Assembly: GCF_009914755.1 (NCBI RefSeq)
Contig: NC_060937.1
DNA from: the human T2T-CHM13v2.0 reference genome, Homo sapiens
DNA: 64,000 nucleotides
Reading direction: 5' to 3' (one strand)
Shown: positions 55,775 through 64,000 of the stretch, one piece after another
Position numbering within the stretch: position 1 is the stretch's first letter
Layout of the letters: the number at the start of each line of letters is the position of its first letter
Translations under genes and position numbers: made by a program
The notes under the pieces: generated by a model
Seen by the model: only the letters and a program-made list of their open reading frames with translations
Database searches by the model: none
Told to the model about the DNA's origin: nothing

Positions 55775-56080
55775 GGCTGGGCATGGTGGCCCACGCCTGT
55801 AATCCCAGAACTTTGAGAGGCTGAGGTGGTGGATCACTTGAGGTCAGGAGTTTGGGACCAGCCCGGACAACATGGTGAAACTTGTCTCTACTAAAAATAT
55901 AAAAATTAGCCAAGCGTGGTGGTGGCCACCTATAATCCTAGCTACTTGGGAAGCCAAGACTGGAGAATCACTTAGACCCAGGGGCCCGGAGGTTGCAGTG
56001 AGCCAAGATCGCACCATTGCACTCTAGCCTGGGTGGCAGAGTGAGACTCCATCTCAAAATTAAAAAAACAGAAAACAAAA
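55775..56080 (+). mobile_element. AluS
   Basis: Alu consensus; TSD aaaaactcta(t/c)tcaa. Confidence 0.92.
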
Positions 56081-56794
56081 ACTCTACTCAAGAGACATGG
56101 CATAATTATAAGAACATACAAAAGTTGAAAAATGAGGGGAAAAGTGGAAAAAAAGATACCTTTGTGAGTAGTAGAGAAAGCCATTCCACGCAAATAAAGG
56201 ATTCACTCTACCAGAAAAAATATCAATTTTAAATGGGTATAAGCCTAATAACATAGCCTCTAAATACATAAAACAAAAATTGACAGAACTAAAAGGAGAA
56301 ATAACAAATTTATAATTACAGTGGAAGGCTTTAGCGTCTTTCAATAATATATAGGAAAACAGACAAAAATAACAGTAAAGATGTTAACGACCCAATTGAA
56401 ATACACATAACACTTGGACACAGCTACAGAATACACATTCTTCCAAGTGTAAGAACATTACAATAAAAATATTATAGGAAAGTCTCATGAACATAACTAC
56501 AAAAATTCTGAAAAACATAATAGCAAATGAATCTAAAGTTTAAAGAAGTCCACATATTATGTTTGTACACACAAACACATACACACACCACTGGTTTCTA
56601 TTATAAGGATGTAAATTTGGTTTGGCATTCAAAAGTCAGTATTAGTCATCACATTAAAAGACTACAGGAGAAAAATATTATTTCAAAGGTGCAGAAGAAA
56701 TATTTGATAAATATTTAACACCATTTCTGAAAGAAAAAGCACCTTTTAAACAGTTTGGGAATCTGTATTGGTGAGTACACCAAGAATCCTATAG

Positions 56795-57229
<435 letters not shown>

Positions 57230-57379
57230 TAGCCAGTGCAATTTGTATACCAATTTTCTGTCTTGCAACCTTGCTGAACGTGTTCATTAGCTCTAATAAT
57301 TTTTGTGTTGGTGTTGATTCTTTAGGATTTTCCATATACAAGATTATGTTATTGGGAAATTACAGTTTTGCTTATTTTG

Positions 57380-57752
57380 TCATGGAAAGGACCCAGTGGG
57401 AAGTAATTTAATCACGGGGGAAAATACAGTTTTACTTATTTTTGTCATGGGAGGGACCCAGTGGGAGTTAATTTAATCATGGGGGTGGTTACCCCCATGC
57501 TGTTCTCATGAAAGTGAATGAGTTCTCATAAGATCTGATGGTTTTATAAGGGACTTTTCCCCCTTTTGCTCTGCACTTCCCCTTCCTGCCATCATGTGAA
57601 GAGGATGTGTCTGCTGCCCCTTCTGCCATGATTGTAAATTTCCTGAGGGAAATTTACTCATGCCGAACTGTGAGTCAATTAAGCCTCTTTCCTTTATAAA
57701 TTACCCAGTCTCCGGTATGTCTTTATTAGCAGTGTGAGAACGAACTAATACA
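57380..57752 (+). mobile_element. THE1 LTR lacking its 5' end
   Basis: gggagggacccagtgggag...cgaactaataca. Confidence 0.85.
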
Positions 57753-58842
57753 ATTGCCCAGCCCCTGTAATTTGGCAAGAAATAGGGCATAAAGATTGAG
57801 AAAGGAAGAAATAAAACTGTCATTCACAGAGGACTTGATACACAAATAATCTGCAGACTATCATAACTGAAATGAATTTAGCAAGGCCACTCACTAGATA
57901 ACAAATTCAACATACTTTTGTAGCAACAGAGTCTCTCTATATTAGCAATAAACAAATATAAAAAACACCTAAGAAGAAATCTAATGAAAGATGTGCAAGA
58001 ACACTTTGCTGAAAACCACAAAAATAGTTATAAGAAACTTAAGAAAGACTTAAATGAAGAGATATACCATGTTCATGAATAGGAAGATTCAATATTGTAA
58101 AGTTGTCAAGTGGCCCCCAAATTGGTCTACAGATTCAATGAAATCTAATCAAATTCTAGCACTTTATTTCATTGAAATTGACTCGCTGATTCTAAAATGT
58201 CTTATGGAAATGCAAAGGACTTCTTCATGAGTTGCCTTGTGGACGAGATTTAAGACAACCCAAGCCAGCTCTCTTTGGTCTGTGAGAAGCATACATGTAT
58301 TCTTTGCCTTGACCATGTCTGTAGACAGAGGACAGTCCAAATAGCAACCCCTTCTTCCTTCTTATGAGAGCAGAGAGCCTGCTAGTCTCTTGCCATTTAG
58401 AGTTTTCAGGGATGAGTCAGATACCCCAGTCAGTCTACTCTGTCCTGCAAAGAGGACACTTACAAACTTTTCCAAGTGGCCCTAGAAATCTCACCTTGGA
58501 ATGTAGGGGTAGCTGGTACCTGTTGGGATGTCAGGTGAAACATAAATAGTTGCATTGCAGTAGCCTGCTGTATAAATATACGGAGAACTTCTATCGTATG
58601 TACTCTATGAAGGTATTAGAAAAATATGGCTTTGTGGATTACCTTGAAAAGGGAAACATTTTAATCTTGGCGTTGCCACTGGGTAATCCTGTGACATTGG
58701 TCCAGTTATGTAAGAAAATGCACACTTTAAAAAGTTACCTGCAAGTTCCCAGCAGTTTTTGCTGTGTCACCCATGGGAATTTTTGTGAAGATCAGATGGT
58801 AATAATGAATATAAATATTTCTTTGAAAATAGTATATAATCA

Positions 58843-58935
58843 CTCAGGAGGCTGAGGCGGGAGGACTGCTTGAGCTCAGGTGCAGTGAGCTATGATTGTG
58901 TCACCACACTCCAGCCTGGGCAATGGAGTGAGACT
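58843..58935 (+). mobile_element. Partial Alu right monomer
   Basis: ggaggctgaggcgggagga...cactccagcctgggcaa. Confidence 0.8.
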
Positions 58936-59663
58936 CTGTCTGTCTCCTTCTCTGTCTTGCTTTTTTTCTTAAAAAAAAAAAAAAAAAGGTGCAGTAGGAT
59001 ATGTAAAGAATGTAGAAATATAATTTTTGTGTCTCTGAAAATTAAGGCTTTTCTAAAAACAGGTTTGCTATAATAACAGGGGTTTCTTAACTATGTGACA
59101 TTTCTGTTGGGAAGTTTGCATTTCGATGACTAACTCACCTTAAGAAATAGTGGTTACTTTGCACAATAATTTGCACAAGATTTTTCATTAAGGGCTGTTT
59201 ACTGTGTGACCACATCGTTACTAAGTCCACTATTTTTCTGGTGATTCAAACTGTCTTCAGTGCTTCAGCATGGCAATTTAAATTCTTTTCAGTTACTGTC
59301 TTAGAAAAAGTGTGTCTTAAAGTATTTATTCTTACCTACTACCATTAGAATGTTTGCAGAAATGTATATACCTTCTACCTATTTTATACTTTATTGTTTG
59401 TTTTCTTAGTCTCACATTTATTAGAAACATCAAGGGCTATGGCATATAATTAAAGTCGGTTTAAATGACTGCTCCTTTTTTTTTTAGCTTTATCACTGCA
59501 ATACAAGACTTTTTGAGACAGCTCTTTCCCAAAATTCCCAGTAAAATGTTACTGTGTTCACCAAGAGGTGTAAATCAGTGATGCTGAAACATGGCAATTT
59601 ATTGGTGTGATTTAGTAAAGGGAGAATGTAAATAATTGCTAGTGCATTCTGAATCTGAATAAC

Positions 59664-59967
59664 AGGCAGTGTGGTGGCTTACAACTGTAATTCTAGCACT
59701 TTGAGCACTTTCGAAGGCTGAGGCAGGAGGATTGTTTGAGGCCAGGAGTTTGAGACCAACCTGGGCAACATAGCAAGAGCTCGTCTCTACAAAAGTAAAA
59801 TAAAAACAAAATTAGCCAGGCATGGCAGTGCCCACCTGTAGTCCTAGCTACTTGGGAGGCTGAGGTGGAAGGATTGCCTGAGCCCAGGAGTTTGAGGAGG
59901 CAGTGAGCTGATGGTGCCAGTGTGCTCTGGCCTGGACAACAGAGTGAAACCCTGTCTCCAAAATAAA
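59664..59967 (+). mobile_element. AluJ
   Basis: Alu consensus. Confidence 0.9.
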
Positions 59968-60031
59968 GTGTCATTTTGTTCAATGTGATCTGGCAAGTAG
60001 CAGTGACTCTCAAATGGGATACACATCATAG

Positions 60032-60344
<313 letters not shown>

Positions 60345-60431
60345 ACACATCATGATTTCTAGGAAGACCATTTATCATTTTAGTTCATGTAGAACACATT
60401 GTTCATAACAAACTATAGAAAATAAAGTTTA

Positions 60432-61558
<1,127 letters not shown>

Positions 61559-62107
61559 ATAGGATTATGCAGTAGGTGGTGATGGGGTGTTGTGACCTTT
61601 TGAAACTCTTAAGAGATGTGCGTTTATCAGAAGAGAACTATGGGGATAATGAATCCTGGGATCTGAAACCCTAAATTTAATAGACTTTACAGAGGGTCTT
61701 AGGTATATCTGGCACGAACAAATGTCTTAAGTGGTAGATTAAATGGTGGGCAGTGTGAAATGATCGATTTCTTCATTTGCTTGGTAAGAAAACTAGCACA
61801 ACCCTTACATAGTTTTGCTGAATCCAAAAACAAAATCCATTTCTAGATTTTTATATCACTTAAACTTGTTATGGTGCTTTCTCATCACATTTCAACCTCA
61901 CTTCTGAAATGAGGACAAACATTACTGTTTACATTTAGACAAAAGGAAACAAAAAGTGCTCTAGCAACTTTCTGAAGGTGATATTCCAGTTCAAAAGATT
62001 CTGAGCTATGCTACTATTTTAATGTCTGGTCAGTTCAGTAAATTGTTGAATGAAGGAGTTCAGTTGGGTGAGCTGAGAGAATGAGTAAAACATTTTCCGT
62101 ATCTAGA

Positions 62108-62452
62108 TGATATGGTTTGGCTGTGTCCCCACCCAAATCTCGAATTGTAGCTCCCATAATTCCCACATGTTGTTGGAGGGAACTGGTGGGAGATAATTGA
62201 ATCATGGGGATGGTTCCCCCCATACTGTTCTCACAGTAGTGAATAAGTCTCACGAGATCTGAAGATTTTATAAATTCGCTTGGCTCTCATTCTCTCTTGT
62301 CTGCTGCCATGTAAGATGTGCCTTTCGCCTTCGGCCATGATTGTGAGGCCTCCCCAGCCATGTGGAACTGTCAGTCCATTAAACCTCTTTTTTTAAAAAA
62401 ATACCCAGTCTTGGGTATGTCTTCATCAGCAGCATGAAAACGGACTAACGCA
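62108..62452 (+). mobile_element. THE1 solo LTR
   Basis: tgatatggtttggctgtgtccccacccaaatctc...cggactaacgca. Confidence 0.9.
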
Positions 62453-62979
62453 CCAGTCCAGTGTGTTTTTCCTATGCCTCTCACTACCACCATTTACAAC
62501 ATCATTTGTAATTGGCTTTCTGATGTGTTTTCTCCAGATAGTAGTTGTATTGTTTTATTCTGGCTAATTTTCTCATATTTGAATTGTTTGATAGTTCTAG
62601 GATTCTGGGTAGAGGTTAAATCCATCTCCCATGTTCAAGTTTCTAATAAGCTAGTATAAGGATTTGAATTATGTGGTTTAAAATGAAATATAGTATTTCC
62701 ATATTTCCACATGTAGACTTGCAAATAATTTACATAATGAACAATATTATATATTGGATGGATAATAGGAAAAATACTTATTTTCAAGGTTATCCAGTCT
62801 TGTATTGGTAAAAACTAAGCATGCATTTCTAAACCAATTCTTGTTTCACTTGCTACTTCATGCACAGTGATGTAGGAATGGACTCTAGTTCCATTAACTG
62901 TTGGTATTTTAAGATGAAGAACCAGGGAAGGCTATTTTGATTTACTGTGCAGGTGACCCCATGCCTCTAAGAAAATTGA

Positions 62980-63258
<279 letters not shown>

Positions 63259-63309
63259 AGAAAATTGATTCTTGATTCATGTGTTAAACTATTGTCATTT
63301 GATTCTCAG

Positions 63310-64000
63310 TGGACAAAAAAATTCAGTTTCTCCTATTATATTCTCCCCGTGCAGAATTCTTCTGTGACCTCTGGTCACCAAAATGTGTGGGAATTTCTCT
63401 CCACCAAGTAATCCTACAGATTCTTCAGCAGACAGCAGCTGGATGTCCTCTAATTCTGTTCAGTTCTGACACTGTCTATCTGGAGGTAGCCTAAGATCCC
63501 ACAGATTGAGAGCTCAGTGCCACAAGACCACTCCTGACTTCAGAAGCCATTCATAAGGCCCTGGTTGTTTTACCTGTACTTCTGACTGACTGGCTGTAAA
63601 TGAGGATTCCCATGACCCCTTCCTTGGGTTCAATTAATTTGCTAGAGCAGCTCACAGAACTCAGGGAAACACTTACGTTTACTGGTTTATTATGTGATAT
63701 TACAAAGGATACAGACGAACAACCAAATAGATGGAAGAGATGCATAGGGCCAGGCATATGGGAAGGGATATGGCGCTTCTTTGCCCTCTCTGGGTGTACC
63801 ACCCTCTAGGAGCCTCCATGTTTTTGGCTGCATGGAAGTTCTTCCAAACCCTGTCCTTTTAGGTTTTTGTGTACACATTATCACTTAGGCATGATGTATT
63901 ATATCATTGGCTGTTGGTAACCAACTCAACCTTCAACAACCCGAGGCTTTATCACTTAGGCATGATGTATTATATCGTTGGCTATTGGTAACCAACTCAA
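63310..64000. mobile_element. MER21-type LTR running off the window end
   Basis: agctggatgtcctctaattc...ttctgacactgtcta, aatttgctagagcagctcacagaactcaggg. Confidence 0.75.

Overview
Primate (hominoid, most likely human; DNAJC3 lies at 13q32.1 from recall) genomic DNA containing the 5' end of DNAJC3 (P58IPK) on the + strand: a CpG-island promoter (~21150-22400), coding exon 1 (21817-21898), a 31.9 kb intron 1 and coding exon 2 (53784-53894). Almost everything else is interspersed repeat: about 25 Alus, L1, L2, MaLR/ERV LTRs and DNA transposons. Apart from the two ORFs overlapping the DNAJC3 exons, I interpret the ORF-track ORFs as repeat-derived or chance. The most unusual region is ~27.8-43.2 kb in intron 1. 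There an old antisense L1 hosts an MST provirus, an L1/L1 chimeric junction with an inverted fragment, a full-length SVA with target-site duplications (TSDs), and a ~4 kb old mitochondrial insertion (ND5-ND6-tRNA-Glu-CYTB-tRNA-Thr-tRNA-Pro-control region). That insertion itself carries an AluY and three local tandem expansions. Other oddities are a probable L1 3' transduction (8275-8681), a non-canonical ERSE in the promoter and a tail-less Alu. I found no convincing new biological system. Repeat subfamily names come from my recall of consensus sequences, and many old-repeat boundaries are approximate.
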